Source of the DNA: the human T2T-CHM13v2.0 reference genome, Homo sapiens
Direction of reading: 5' to 3'
DNA: 64,000 bases
Assembly (NCBI GenBank): GCA_009914755.4
Contig: CP068257.2
Span: 39,488,001-39,552,000, forward strand
A program made the translations under genes and the position numbers. Under the pieces are notes generated by a model. It saw only the letters and a program-made list of their open reading frames with translations. It searched no databases and had not been told where the DNA came from. Each line of letters begins with the position of its first letter. Within the stretch, counting starts at the first letter, position 1. Positions 1 to 15,015 of the stretch are shown piece after piece.

Positions 1-84
1 GCCTCCATTGCCAATTTCAAAGTCCTTTATAGTTTTAAAAGCTATGTATAGTTTTTTACATCTACATCTCATTCCTGCTATCAA

Positions 85-590
85 AGTCTGTCTTAGTTTT
101 ATATGGCTACTGTAACAAATGACCACAAATTGAGTGGCTTAAAATGACACATTTATTATCTTACAGTTCTCAGAGACAAAGAGTTGGAAATTAGTTTTCA
201 TGAACTAAAATCAGGGTGTCAGCAGGGCTGGTTCCTTCTGGAGGCTCCATAAGAAAATGATTCCTGCCTTTTCCAGCTTCTAGAAGTCACCTGTATTCCT
301 TGGTTGGTGGCCCCTTCCTCCATTTTCAAAGGCAGCAATCACCATCACTCTGGCCTTCTGCCAGTTATCACATCTCTTTTCCTGACTCTGACTCTCTCTC
401 TTTCACTCTAAATCCCCTTATAATTGCACTTGACTCACCCAAGTAATCCAGGATACTTTCCCTATATCAAGGTCGGCTGATTAGCAAACTTAATTCTATC
501 TGCAAACTGAATTTCTCTTTACCATGCAAGATAACATATTCTTGTCATCTGGAGATTAGGATAGAGACATGTTTGGAGAGCCATCATCTG
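85..590 (+). repeat. ancient interspersed repeat, copy a (family with core '...ctgtaacaaat..cacaaa..agtggctt..aaatttatt..tctggagg..aaatcaaggtgtcagcagggctggttccttctggaggctc...')
   Basis: Shares a long diagnostic core with 13709-13990 and 27331-27805, and more loosely with 30060-30340. The THE1-type LTR at 591 abuts its 3' end. Family name not assigned from memory. Confidence 0.5.
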
Positions 591-1016
591 TGATATGGTT
601 TGGATCTGTGTCCCCATCAAACCTCATGTTGAATTGTGATCCCCAATGCTGGAGGTGGGACCTGGTGAGAGGTGATTTTTGTCATGGAGGTTGATCCTTC
701 GTGAATAGTTTAGCACTATCCCCACGTTGTACTATCCTTGTGTTAGTGAGTTCTCATGAGATCTGGTCCTTTAACAGTGTGTGGCACCTCCTCCCTCACT
801 CTCCCTTCCTCTTGCTCTGGCCATGTGAAGTGCTGGCTCTCGCTTCACCTTCCGCCATGACTGTAAGTTTCCTGAGGCCTAACCAGAAGCCAGCAGATGC
901 CAGCATCATGCTTCCTGTATAGGCTGCAGAACCATGAGTCAAATAAACCTCTTTTCTTTATAAATTACCCAGCCTCGGGCATTTTTTATAGCAATGTGAG
1001 AACAGACTAATACATC
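591..1016 (+). mobile_element. MaLR solo LTR (THE1/MST family)
   Basis: Starts 'tgatatggtttggatctgtgtcccc..caaacctcatgttgaattgt' and ends '...ctttataaattacccagcctcgggcatttttt..agcaatgtgagaacagactaatacatc', matching the THE1/MST LTR termini. Confidence 0.75.
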
Positions 1017-3448
1017 CTGCCTACCTCAACCTCAAAGGTGAGTTTGAGCTGCCACCCTCGATTCTGAATAACTGGTTGGACAGAAGGGAAGATCACATGC
1101 AAAACAAACAGTTTTCATCTCAAAGTTTTAGTGTTCATTTTTTTAGAACTTGAGATAGTACATAGGTTCATAGCAAACAATTACTCGTTTAGAATTCCCT
1201 CTTCCGGCCCTTGGGAATCAGAGAGTTTAGAAGAATGAGAACTGTTTGGCATACTAGGGAGACATGTCTTTGAGTCCTCAAACATTCATATTTCCGTTTA
1301 AATACTATGTGACCATCTTGTGATTATGTAATTTTAAAAACCTACATACTCATTCTTTGACAGTCACCTAGCTGAGCCTTCCTGCTGTACTAGTTCTGCA
1401 GGTGAGTTGGAGCTCCTTGTCAGCCCTGTGGACTTTATGGGAAAATAAAGTTCAAGGAATCTAGGCAAAGGTAAAGTTAGAAATTCAAGTGTATATATTC
1501 AAATTTGAAAACATTGATATATTCATAACTTTTCCTTAACTTATACAATTTTCAAACAATGTCTAATTTTCTTTTCTTAACCACAGAAAATAAAGCCAGC
1601 CTTCACAGTGAGGTAACCTACACTCTAGTGATAACAATATCTGCACCAAAACACTTAGCATTTGTTAAACACATGCAGGCTCTGGGCTAAGCTACCTGCA
1701 TGCATTCTCTCATCTGGGGCAGATCAGAGATGTCTCTGAATGATAATGTTAAGTAAGAAAGAAGAGGCCCTATGAGAAACAGAAACTTATGAGAAACAGA
1801 AACGAGCATACTAGGTGCCTTGTGCCTTATGTGTTATCTTATTTAATGCTTTCAACAGCACTTAAAATAATAACATTTTGTAGATGAATATATAAGGTGA
1901 ATGAAGGAAAGTAACTCTTCTAAGTTCCCACAGCAAGATAGTGGTGGAAAATTGTGTTATTAAACACGACTATTTTAGAGTCAGCTGATTACTAACTTTA
2001 ATAGTTTTTTAAATTTAATTTTTTCTTTTTTTTGAGACAGAGTTTTGAAGATCCCAACGTCTTTTCTCTACACTCTGCTGTCTTCTAAGAAGTACAAGGC
2101 AAGTCCTTCGGAAAACCCACGAGCAAGACACCACTGCATGGCATAACTGGAGAGAGATTTATAGGAGGAAAGGATAGAATTGGTAGGGGGAGAGTCAGAG
2201 AAAGGACATTCATGCTAAGCTAACAGAGGAGTGAGGACAACAGCATGGCTGGAGAGAGCTTGAGACGTATCAGGGAAAACAAGGAGTTTGTTCAGCTGGA
2301 CACAGACACAGGGAGAAAGTAACGGAGCAGCAGCCTGGGTTTGTCATCGGGTTCCAATCTAGGGGACCCTGAGTGGAAGCCTATGAAATGCGGCCACTTT
2401 TAATAGGCAAAGGGGAGCTGCTAAAAATACATGAGCAAGGAGCCGATATCATCACAGCTGCACTACGGAAAGATTCTCCTGACTGCAGGGCATAGGTCAC
2501 AGGAGAAGGAGAAACTGGGTGTGTGGGATCAATGCAAAGGAGGCTGCTTGGGTCTCCGTGAACGGTGATGAGGGTCTGAATTATAGGGATGGGGATGAGA
2601 AGAGAAAAGAGCAGCCAGATGCCCAGCAGATGAGGGGCTGCAGGACTGCAGGACAAGGCTTGGTAGGCTGTGACAGCTGCTGGAAGGTGGGAAATGTGAG
2701 AGGGAGCGCCTGAGAATGTCTGACCAAGCAGGGGTGGGGGAGGGAGGTTGCGGGGCTTCCCCTGGGGAAGCAGGACGAAGCTGGTGCCCCACTGCAGGAA
2801 CTGAGAGGCCCCAGAGGAAAAGGGAAGTGAGGGCCTGGATCTGAGGGAAAGATCAGGCCTGCAGATACCAAATCATGCATCCTGCATACAACGCAGAGCT
2901 GAGCACAATGGAGAGGGGACACTGGTGAGGGAAGGGGGAGGACCTGGCAGACTCTTTGATGAAGCCTGGGTTCAGAGGGCTAGAGGGACAGCAGAGCCAA
3001 TAAAAGGCCTGGGAGAAGGAGCTGTGGGTCAGGAGGGGAGGGAAGCTAGTGCCTGGATGTTGTGCTCAGTCCCAAGTAGGGTGCTGAGTGCACCCACAAC
3101 GCTCCACGCTACAGACTCCAGCATCCACCCTACGACGGACAGATCCCTGCAGGTGGGAAAACAGAGGCTCAAGGCCCTCATGAGATTCCGTGGTCCATGC
3201 ACATGGATCCCACAGCATGGATGCCTATGTCAGTGGCCCATGCCGGCCCCCCTCTTCTGACTCCTATTATGCCATGCCCCTCTCTATGTCTGCACCCCAC
3301 TTAATCGTTTTTTTTTAAATTGTGGTAGAACATGTAACATGAGATCTACCCCTCTTAATAGATTTTTAAGTGTACAATATAGTGTCGTCATCTATAGACA
3401 CAATGTTTACAACAGGTATCTAGAACGTACTTGTCTGGCTTAACTGAA

Positions 3449-3586
<138 letters not shown>

Positions 3587-3830
3587 TGAAATTTTATACT
3601 CATGGATTAGCAACTCCCCTCTTCCCCCTCCCCCAGGCCCCAGCAACCACTATTCTTTTCTTCTAGGAGTTTGACTATTTTAGATAACTTATAGAAGTGA
3701 GTCTGTGCCATGTTTTTCCTTATGTACCTGGCTTATTTCACTTAGCATTATGTCCTTCAGTTTCATTCATCATTCATGTTGTCACATAAGGGAAGAGTTT
3801 CCTTCTTTTTTAAGGCTGAATAATATTCCC

Positions 3831-3832
<2 letters not shown>

Positions 3833-3878
<46 letters not shown>
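3833..3878. repeat. (GT)n microsatellite, about 23 units
   Basis: An uninterrupted gtgtgt... run. Confidence 0.95.
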
Positions 3879-3882
<4 letters not shown>

Positions 3883-5000
3883 AGAGTGCTAACATCTTTT
3901 CAAGATCATAATTCCAGTCCTTTTGAGTAAATGCCCAGAAGTGAGATTGCTGGATTTGCTGGTGGTTCTATTTATAATTTTTTTAGAAACCTCCATACTG
4001 TCTTCTGCAGGAGCTCCACCATTTTGCATTCCCACCAACAGATTACAAGGGCTCCATTTTTTTTCACATCTTCACCAACATTCATTTGCTTTTTTTTAAT
4101 ATAAAATAATCTTAGTAGGTATGAGATGGCATCTCATTGTGATTGATTTGCATTTTCTTGATGATTAGTGATGTTGGGCATCTTGTTGTACACCCACTGA
4201 CATTTTTATGTCTTCTTTGGAGAAATGCGTATTTAAGTCCTGAGATCATTTTTAAAATTGGGTTGTTAGTTTACTTTCAAGTTGCAAGAGTTCCTTACAA
4301 ATTTTGGAAATTAACCTCTTATCAGATATGTGGTTTGTAAATATTTTCTACCATTCTACAGATTGTCGTTCACTCTATTTATTGTTTATTTTGCTATGCA
4401 GAAGCTTTGTAATTTGATGTGGCCCCACTTAGCTGTGCTTGCTTTTGTTGAGTACAGTTTTGGTGTCATATCCATGAAATTATCACCAAAGACAATGTCA
4501 TGAAGCTTTCCCTCATGTTTTCTTCTAGGAGTTATACAGTTTTAAGTCTTATGTATACTGAGATTTACTCTTGTCTTTATAACACTGCAGAGCCTTTGAG
4601 CCCTAAATAAGGGCACCATTAGCTATTGTGTTACACATGCAGGATCACAGCAGTTACAGAGACTCCTAGTGGAGCACACGCAATGCCTGGAACATGGGTT
4701 TGTGTTGAATGAATGCTGAGTTCCCTCCTCATTAGCTTTCCTGCTATGACAAGGCAGGGACTACACTGGGATAAGTTTCTCTTTCCCAATGACGCATGCC
4801 TGGGAAAAGCAGGCACCAACACCTCACATGGCAGTAATCTATGGCTTTCAACACTGTCCAGCACCAAGACAAACTGAGATGAGCTGGAAACATGTAGCTC
4901 AAAATGAAGTGAATGAGGGTAAAAGAGCTGAGTCCTCAGTTCTCCCTCACTTCCTGCAATGGCACTGATGCCAGAGCTATGGGGTACATTTTCTTATCTG

Positions 5001-5281
5001 TTGATATGGTTGGCTGTGTCCCCACCCAAATCTCATCTTGAATTCCCATGTAAGTCTCACGAGATCTCATGGTTTTATAAAGAGGAGTTCCCCTGCACAA
5101 GTTCTCTCCCTTTGCCTTCTGCCATCCATGTAAAATGCGACTTGCTTCTCCTTGCCTTTCACCATGATTGTGAGGCATTCCCAACCACGTGGAACTGTCA
5201 GTCTATTAAACTTCTTTCTTTTGTAAATTGCCCAGTCTCGAGTGTATCTTCATCAGCAGCGTGAAAACAGACTTATACATC
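5001..5281 (+). mobile_element. MaLR solo LTR (THE1/MST-like) with internal deletion
   Basis: 'tgttgatatggttggctgtgtccccacccaaatctcatcttgaatt' ... 'ttgtaaattgcccagtctcgagtgtatcttcatcagcagcgtgaaaacagacttatacatc'. The middle of the consensus is missing. Confidence 0.7.
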
Positions 5282-7288
5282 AGTGTTGTCCCTCTCCATG
5301 TCTGTGAAATCCCACTAGGAGGTGAAGCTCAGATACACTTGTCTCCCCCAGGTTTCCAACTCTTCCTTCATACACTATTCCTTTTCTAAGTCTGCCTTCT
5401 GTTTCTTTCTCTATCATTTTCCCCTTCATGTCAAGAATAAAAGATGTCTACCAAGAAAACTCAATATTTTCCAAATAGTGGAAATCTTACAGAAGTATGA
5501 TTTCTGATCATGATGCCAAAACACTGTAAATTAAGACCTCCAAAGAGTAAAGCCAACTAGAAATCTTAAAAACAGTATGCTAAATAGGTCCTATGTTAAA
5601 GAGGAAATTTCATGTGAACACTACATATCACCACCTATGAGGTACGGCAACTTAATAATTCAAGGAACAGTTATGGTTTTATTGGAAAATGATAGAAATT
5701 AAAAATTAATGAACTAAGCATTCAACTCAAGAAGTCTGAAGTTCTTAGGCAAGGTAGTATGAGGAAAAAAGAAAATAATAAATAAAAAAGGAAGTCTACA
5801 GCAGTCAGCCACTAAAGCAATCCTAAAGAAAATAGAAGAAAAGAATGAAGATAATTGGAAAAAAGTTAAAAAAAAAATAGAAACACCTCAAAAGTTAGCA
5901 GATTTATAAATAAAATCGAGAGCCAATTCTTTGCAAACAACTCTAAAATACATGAATGTCTAACAAGTATGATACATATATATGTCGCATTAAGAGTGAT
6001 AAAGGCACCATCCTTTCTGGCAATATGGAGGACTGTGGTGTAGTTCCACTATATGCTATACAAAAATAAAAAAGAAAGAAAGAGAAATACTGGATAAAAG
6101 AGAACAAAAAATTGTTTCTTTTTCATTTTAAATACATAGCAGACTCAAAATAAGGAGAAATCACCAGATGGCAGAAATGAAGAGGGAATTCAACGCTGAT
6201 CCTGCAATAGCCAATGAGAGCATTGGACACAGGTCCCAGTTTGGAACTGAAGCGCAGGGACTAAACCTGAGCTGGAACAAGACGTGCAGCCAGTGACAGT
6301 GCAGGGCAGGGAACTGGAATTGAGATTCCTATGCAGCGTTGGAACCCTCAAGAGCCACTCTGCCAGGGAAAACGGGATGAGAAGTTCTCTGTCCACTGTC
6401 CCTGAGGAGCAGCGAGGAAGTGGCATTGAGCCAGTGCTGTCTGGTCCTCAGAGAAGTCAAAACTCATGCCTGTGTATCATATGGTTGTGGGATCCAAATG
6501 TGCAACATGTACATGACACAGAAACATAGAATAAACATAGTGAAATCCAGGAGGAGATTTTAAGTTTAATTAACATTAAATAAAATTTAAAAATCCAATC
6601 CTAGAGAAGCGTTAACCACATTTCAAGTGCTCAGAAGCCACATGTGGCCGGTGTGTCACATGTTGGACAGTACAGGTGCAGAATGTCATGAAAGCAGAAA
6701 TTTCCAAGGTCTTCATCGATGCCATAAAACAGGGGGATGAATAAAAGATTTAAATATTGAAACAAAAGAAATAAAAGTATAGTTGTTTCCATGTAACAGC
6801 TACCCAAAGAATCCAAGTCAATCCACTTAATAAGTATAAGAAATGAATGGCAGAGTTCAGTGTGGGAGGATGATACAAATAGATATACAAAGATAAAGAT
6901 ATATATTTAAGGAATTACTACTTGCAGAAGGTGACTAAATGAAGCAGCCACACATAACAGCAACCTCACATGTAAAGTACATAAAGAATAACCTGTGACT
7001 GTCTTACAAGAGAGAGAAAGGGAAAAACTTGCTAAACCATAGTATATGGTGTCAATGCCCAGAAATGATAACTGTTTAATTTTTTACAGGTTCTGACTTA
7101 ATTAAAGATATTTTTAGTATCGAAGATCTCATACTTTAAAAAAAAAAGAAGAACCTGAATGACAATATGCCAGGCATGTGAAGGAAACCACAGGCTCTCT
7201 TGAGAGACACAAAAGAAGTTCTCAAGAATTGGTGAGAAATTTACTCCTCCTTGGGAAGACTTCAGAACCACAGTGATAAGAAGAGATA

Positions 7289-7618
<330 letters not shown>

Positions 7619-8585
7619 CTAGTGTGTAGTCGGTGCTTTCCATGAATCAGCTTATTTAATTCCCATTCCTCTGTGAAGGTCCAGTAATAGCCCCCAATCC
7701 ACAGATGCAAACACCAAGGCCTGAGATGAGATGGCTAAGCAATGAGAGAACTGCATAGTGAGAGGCAGGGCCGGGTGTGAACCAAAGCTGCAAGGCACAT
7801 CATCAGAGAAAGCGCAGGCTATTCACCGAGTGGTGTTGGGATAACGACCACTCATGCAGGGAAGGCACAGTTAATCCTCTACCTCACTTCACAGACAAGA
7901 TGCTATCTGCACTAAAGATTCATAGATTTTCACAGATGATGAGTGTTGATACAGTCCCGAGCATGCAGTATTTCAGCCCCGCTTGACGGCATCGGAACGG
8001 TCCTTGAGCCTGGAATGCTTCCTTATCCCAAGGTAAAGGCTCCTGGAAGGCCGGGCTGGACTTGCCACCTTGTGTGGCACTATCTTTCCTGTTTTGAGCA
8101 CTAGGGGTGCGGCTTTGCTCTGCATGAGTGTGTGTGTCATGGCACAACCTAAACAACACTCCCTACTCCCTATACTTAGTCTGTGCCCTGCAAGGAGAGG
8201 AGAGAGGAGTCCTGCTGCTGCAGCACAGAGAGGTGCATTCACTGCCTCGGCTTCCAGGAGGGACTCCTGGCCTGGGGGAACCACCACTGAAGCTGACCTC
8301 CCCCATCCCTTCTCCAACTGAGCGAGGCGTTGCTCCAGCTCGTGCCTGCCTGTGTGTGCTTTCCTTGGCTACTTCAATACCAAGATGCAGGGGACCCGGC
8401 TGCTTGGACCTCTGCTCATGATAACAGGCAACAGATGTCACTTGCTTGACAATGAAAGTACTAGAAAAAAATAGGAAGATACCTTGTTTTAGCAATCTTA
8501 GAGCCTAGAAGGTCTTCTGAAGCCAGACACATGCCAGAAGTCATAAGGAAAGTGGAAAAACCGAGTACTTAAAAATGCAAAATTC

Positions 8586-9000
<415 letters not shown>

Positions 9001-12000
9001 TTATTGTGAGATTTAGACACCTCATGGCTGGAGGGAAGCTGGGAGGGGGGCAGAGGAGGGAGAGGAGAGAGGTGGAGGGTCAGGGGAGCTCCTACCAACC
9101 CGTCTGAGCAGCCATGCACCCCCAGCACCCCCGGGCTGCCACAGGAAGTCTCAGAGCAGGACTGTGTTGCTCTGCCAAGCCAGAGACGGGGATGCCAGGG
9201 ATGAGGCGTGGAGGAGAGTGAGGCCCCACCGCAATCTCACCCTGTGTGCCCTCCTGTCTCAGAAACACGGCCTTCAGAGAGCAGCGACTGCTGCTTCCTG
9301 CCACCTCCCACATCTCAGGCCAGCGCCTCTTTGCCTCATTCATATCATACAAGGACAGATTTGGGGAAATAGAATTCCAACTTAACCAAGTTGACAAATG
9401 GCAGGCTGGAGGCAAAATATTTGCATGTCTTAAAAAGCAAAGAAGTACACGATTAAAGCAGTAACAAAGATGGCATTTTTGCCCACAAGATTGACATAAA
9501 ATTTAAAGATTGAGGACATTTGTGTTGCTGATGCTGTGAGGAAATTGTAATTTTCGCATGCTCTTGGTGGAAGCGTAAACAGACACCAACATTTGAGAGG
9601 GGGAAGAGTGTGTCAGTTCCACCATGTTCCATGTGCACACCCTTTGTCAGAGCAAGGGCATTTCTGTCCTGGAAAGGGCAGCACACATACGCACAGGCAG
9701 GATGACAGGACGGGCGAGGCAATTCATGTCAGCTATGATTGTAACGGCTGACAGCAACACTAACAATAGCAATAGCCTGCCTTTGTGCCATGAACCACGA
9801 TGCAATGGTGTTCAAAAGGATGTGGATGAAATGACGTAAAGAGAGGCTTGTGAATATGATTAAATTAACAAAAGGAATTGTCAAGACAGATACATAGGTG
9901 GATAGGAGGGAGGAGAAGGAGGAAGAGGAGCGAGAGAGACAAGGGGCTGTGGCAGTGGGGAAGTGAAGGCCCCTGAGGGAAGCTGCAGATCAGAGAAAAA
10001 ATGGTTTAGAATTTGATGGGAGAAGGGTCACATTTGGCTTAAATGTGAATTGGCTTGAATTTGTGAGAACGATTATGTATTTAATGTTATGTACCTAAAT
10101 TTAATTTTTAAATTATGCATCTAATAAATAACTTAAAAATAACTAACTTTCAAAATAATTTAAAATTCGTTTATATTAGAGTAAAAGAATGAAGCAAAAT
10201 GAACATGAAAGCAAATAAAAGAAGGTAGGAGGAGCTAAAAGGAAGAAGGGAGACTGAGCAAAGAGCGGGAGAGGAAAATATTTCTCTAAAACCAGGATAC
10301 AAATGATGGCTTCCAAGCAAAAACCGAAACAACCTTTTCATATTTGGGGGCATCCTTCTGAGATGAGCCTCAACTTTCCCTACTTTACAAATGAGGAAAG
10401 TGAGAGGGAGAAAGTGTAAGAAATCTAAGACCAAAGAGAGTGCTATCTACACCTCAACCAAACAGAATTGTGGGGCACCTTTAAACAAGATCCTAAAAAT
10501 GCTTAGATGTGTTTTATAGTTCCCCCTAAGTGAATTTCAACCTTCATCCTCCTCGTTCTCTGGAGCTATATGGCCACAGCTCCCCCGCCTCCCACAGGCC
10601 ATAGCATCAACTCAAGGTGAAAATGTAGGTCGTTCCCTGGGCCCAGGATGCATCTTCTCTGAAAACGGGAGCCCCTCCCAGCACGTGTGTCTCCCTGAGC
10701 AGGGCCTGGTGCACGCTTTGATCTAAACCAATGTGACATTTCCCATGAGGAAGGGGAAACCTCATTCAGCTACAACTTGAACTATTTCTTTAGGGCAACC
10801 GAGTTATTGATGGCCCCATCTATCTTTTTTAAGAGCAGTGGAACTCTCAGGCACTTTGGAACTGTCCTGCCAGCCAGCAACTTTCCTGTACCCCCTAGAT
10901 GCAGTAGCCCGGGAGGTGGTGACCCTATGCTGCGGGCTGAGCATCTTTGCTGTTAATAGTAATGATCTCGTCTATCTATTTTGAATGAGCCAGCTATGGG
11001 CCCTATGCAATATCTCATTTAACTCCTACAAACCTCCATTTGTTTATTCGCTGAATAAATATTTACTGAACACCTGTGATGTTCTAATTACCTGGATTAG
11101 AGCAGTGAACAAAACAGGGCTGTGCCCTCCAGGAGCTAACAGATTAGAGGGCAGTCCGACAAATCACAAGGCATTGGCCAGGCAGCGTTCACGTGTTACA
11201 AGGAAGTAAGAAGGGAGCTGATTTTATGTGTGGGGCTAGGGGCCATGTCCTAGGAGGAAGTCTGTCCAGACAAATGGATGATCAGAGTCAGTTGGTCAAC
11301 AAAGCATAAAGGCAGAGGGAGAGCTGGGTTGCCAGGCATGGAAAAATCTAAGAACATAGGCTTAGCTTTGCAGTAAGAGACAACAAGGGGACGGAGAGAA
11401 GGAGAATGAGAACAGGGTGGAGCGCCACACCCATAAACTGCATTCAAGCAGTCCGCCATGACAGGGCTGAGTTCGAGGCAAGAGTGGTACCAGAGAGGAA
11501 GGTCCCAGGGTACCCTATGAAGATGTAACGAGAGCGTGGGGGACTTTTGGAGGGTTTAAGCAGAGGGAGGCAGGATCACATTCGCATTTTGGAAGGCTGT
11601 TCTGGCTGTAGTGCAGAGGGTGCGTTGGGAGGGTTCCTGTCTGGAGCAGCAGCTGAGAGCTGTTGCAGTCACCCAGGCCCATCACAGCAGGAGAGGGTTG
11701 CTGTGGGAATGGAGAGACCTGGATGCCTGCAAGAGACACTTCTAGTAACAGCACAATAAGGTGAAAGTTTGGATGTGCAATGTGGGGAAACAGAACAGTC
11801 AAGTAAAACACCCAGGTTTCTGGCTGAGGAAACTTGGTCGATGTTGCCCTATTCCCTGAGACAGAAATTCTAGGAGGAAAGACATGCTTAGGGAGCAGAT
11901 AATTGATTTTTATTTTGAACACATTTGAGTTAGAGAAATCCATGGGACAACCAAATGTAGTCGTCTCATGGACAAGGGTGGCTTATTTGACCCATAGCTC

Positions 12001-12551
12001 AAGAGAAAGATCTAGGCTGTAAACATAGTTTGGGAGATTATCAGAACAGGTTATAATTGAAATGGCAGATGTGCCTTAGATGGTTCAAGAGTGTGTGCAA
12101 GTTGCAAAGAAGTCCTCGGACAGCACCCGAGGAGCTCTGAGGTTCAGCGTCCAGGGACAGGAGGATGAAGTGACAGACGCGTGGTGTGGGAGCAGCAGAG
12201 GTGTAGCACGGGCACGGAGCAGGCGTGGGCACCGAGGACCTGGGACAAGCCCATTTTAGGGGGAGTGTGGTGCATGATGGGAAAGGCTCCAGGGAAGGTA
12301 AGGACCAACAGGGGTGCACCGGAGTTAGCAGCTGTTTCATGGTAGGGCAAAATGGAACCCCAAGGACAGACAGCAGGGGACAGAGTGGGTGGAGAAGTGA
12401 AAGCCGTGGGTGGAAACAATGATCCCCAAGACTGGATGTAAAACATGGGGAATCAATTGTTCTGGGAAAGAACAAGCTCTGAGAGTGAAAAATTAAAGGG
12501 GAATGAGAAGAAAATCATTTGGGAAGGAGAAGGTTAGAAAATGGGGCATTT

Positions 12552-12844
12552 GCCGGGCATAGTGGCTCATGCCTGCAATCCCAGCATTTTGGGAGGTCAA
12601 GGCAGGCAGACCACCTGAGGTCAGGAGTTCAAGACCTGCCTGGCCAACATGGCAAAACCCTATCTCTACTAAAAATACAAAAGAATAGCTGGGTGTGGTG
12701 GTGTGTGCCTGTAGTCTCAGCCACTCAGGAGGCTGAGGCACAAGAATCACTTGAACCCGGGAGGCAGAGGTTGTAGTGAGCCTAGATCACACCAGTGCAC
12801 TCCAGCCTGGGTGACAGAGTGAGAGTCTGAAAAAAAAAAAAAAA
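12552..12844 (+). mobile_element. Alu, full length
   Basis: 'gccgggcatagtggctcatgcctgcaatcccagcattttgggaggtcaagg' ... 'cactccagcctgggtgacagagtgagagtctgaaaaaaaa'. Confidence 0.95.
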
Positions 12845-12880
12845 GAAGGAGAAAGAAGGAGAAAGAAAGAAAGAAAGAAA

Positions 12881-12917
<37 letters not shown>

Positions 12918-13058
12918 AGAAAGAAAGAAAGAGAGAGAAAGAAAGAAAGAAAGAGAAAAAGAAAGAGAAAAGAAAGGAAGAGAAAAGAAAGAAAGAAAGA
13001 GAAAGAAGGAAGGAAGGGAAGAAAAGAAGGGAGGGAGGGAGGGAAGGAAGAAAGGAAA
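12845..13058. repeat. (GAAA)n/(GAAAG)n compound microsatellite grown from the Alu tail, about 215 bp
   Basis: gaaagaaagaaag... with gaagg and gagg interruptions. It explains the minus-strand ORFs 12747..13271 and 12787..13230 (Phe/Leu/Ser repeats). Confidence 0.95.
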
Positions 13059-13708
13059 CAAATGGGGCATTAATTGAGGGCCACTGGGTGCCAGACTTGG
13101 GGGTACAGAGGGAAACCATGCACCAGGTTCCAAGGATTTCCATGATGAGGGGTATGGCCAGGTAAAAAGGGGAGGACAACCAGGAGAGGCAATGAAGGAT
13201 ACAAAGCAGGAAAGCACGCACCTCTTGCAAATCGAGGAACGAGAGAATGGGCTGCTAGTGAGAACAGGCATGGTGGGACCTTGCCTCAGTGCCCTTCATC
13301 CAATAATGCAGAACAAAACACCTCCTGAGAAGCACTTTGTGAGAAGTCTGCAGGAAGCTTGGCCTCATGGTGGAAGCAGGTTTCAGTTACGAGTCAAGCA
13401 GAGAGACTGAAGATGGGGTGTGCTTGTTTGCATATCAGGAACTTGGCTCCTGAGAGGTTGGTGGAGAGGTGTGTGGGGGGAGGGCATCGTGAGGCAGTGG
13501 GAAGCCCAGAGCAATGAGCCCTAGGGAGCATTCTGAATCCCCTTTTTGGGGGGCACAAGGATTTCCACAATGCCGTGGAGAAATCTCCATAGCTAGAGAA
13601 TAAAACAATTACTTCCGGCCCTCAACACAAATGCCTTAAGTACAAACTTGCTTTGAGGACTTAGACTGTGTCATAAAATCACGTGAGAATTCCACATCCT
13701 GCTTGCAT

Positions 13709-13990
13709 TAGATTCCTGTGGCTGCTGCAAAAAAAGAAAAATCCCACAAATTGGGTGTCTTAAGACAACGGAACTGGATTCTCTCGCAGTTCAGGAGGCA
13801 GCAGTCTGAGATCAAGGCGTCAGCAGGGTGGGTTCCTTCTGGTGGCTCTAGGGAAGAATCCATCCCCAGCTCTTGGTGGCTGCCGGCAGTCCTTGGTGTT
13901 TCTGTCAGACCCAGATAAGATCCACTCTGTCTAATGCAGGAGTTGGTCACAGCACTGGCATCGTAATGGCTGGGGGCACTGCTAGTGGGG
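13709..13990 (+). repeat. ancient interspersed repeat, copy b (same core family as 85-590)
   Basis: 'cctgtggctgctgcaaa..cacaaattgggtgtcttaag..cagttcaggaggcagcagtctgagatcaaggcgtcagcagggtgggttccttctggtggctctaggg'. Confidence 0.4.
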
Positions 13991-14690
13991 AGCATTCCAT
14001 GTGAACTTGCAAGACGAGCCTAATTAGGGAGTCGATTCACGGTGAGCTGCCAGGTGAAAGACACTCCTTGTATAGACACCACATGATTTCCAAGCTGTTC
14101 GCCGGAGACAGTACTTTGGCATTTCTCTGCCAGTTTCATTATTGCCCCAAGATGTGTCCTCTCCGGAGCACTGTGCTTTTTGGATGCAATTTTCTCATTG
14201 GTAAAATGGGAAAGTAGCATCTCACACTAACTTTGGGCCTCACTGTCAAGGATGTTAGTGCTTTAATCACTGGAATTTGGGTCATCACAAGGAGGCTTCA
14301 AAGCAAAGGCTTTGTGTCCTGAGAGATGGCAGACACTGGCATGTAGGAGGTAGCCCAGCTCACGCTGTTGAGAGCAGACATTTACTCAGCACACAACATT
14401 CTGGAAGCAGCTACCAAACCTGTGGGGGTGACCCAAGGGTCTCTGCAGAGAGAGAGCAGAAAGTGGGCTACTGGCTGGGACACAGCCTTCTTGTTTGACT
14501 AGCAATGCCACTGTTGCTTGTCAGCAACAGAATAAAACAAGACCCCCAAGTCTCCTAATTACTAGTAAGGGTGGTTTGGCTCCCCAGGCTGTCCTGCCAT
14601 CACCCTACCTAGTGTCATAGCTTCCACTTCCTCCTCACCAATTCATCCTGCTTGCAGATGCCTGATTAATTATCTAAAAATGTACCTTTA

Positions 14691-15015
<325 letters not shown>

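Noticed and set aside
1362-1407. Perfect donor consensus 'ctgcag|gtgagt' at 1396-1407 with an acceptor-like 'cattctttgacag' 38 nt upstream, giving a possible 38-nt micro-exon
   Set aside because: A 9-mer donor consensus is expected by chance in a 64-kb window at a non-trivial rate. There is no CpG retention and the putative exon is too short to test by frame.
5500-6200. AT-rich region with faint L1-like wording
   Set aside because: It is too degraded for me to call a LINE fragment by eye.
8384-8473. Short ORF 'MQGTRLLGPLLMITGNRCHLLDNESTRKK' with a signal-peptide-like N-terminus near a small CpG cluster (7981-8000, 8320-8360)
   Set aside because: It is 29 codons long, with no usable donor site downstream and a weak Kozak context. 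It cannot be supported from sequence alone.
11000-12550. Stretch with MIR-like 'gaataaatatttactgaacacctgtgatg' and several medium ORFs (11515..11943-, 12041..12475-)
   Set aside because: I could not assign a repeat family confidently or find splice or coding signals. I left it unannotated rather than guess.
12747-13271. 174-aa and 147-aa minus-strand ORFs made of Phe/Leu/Ser repeats
   Set aside because: They are translation of the (GAAA)n Alu-tail microsatellite complement. The same applies to the ORF cluster at 53631-54306 over the purine tract.
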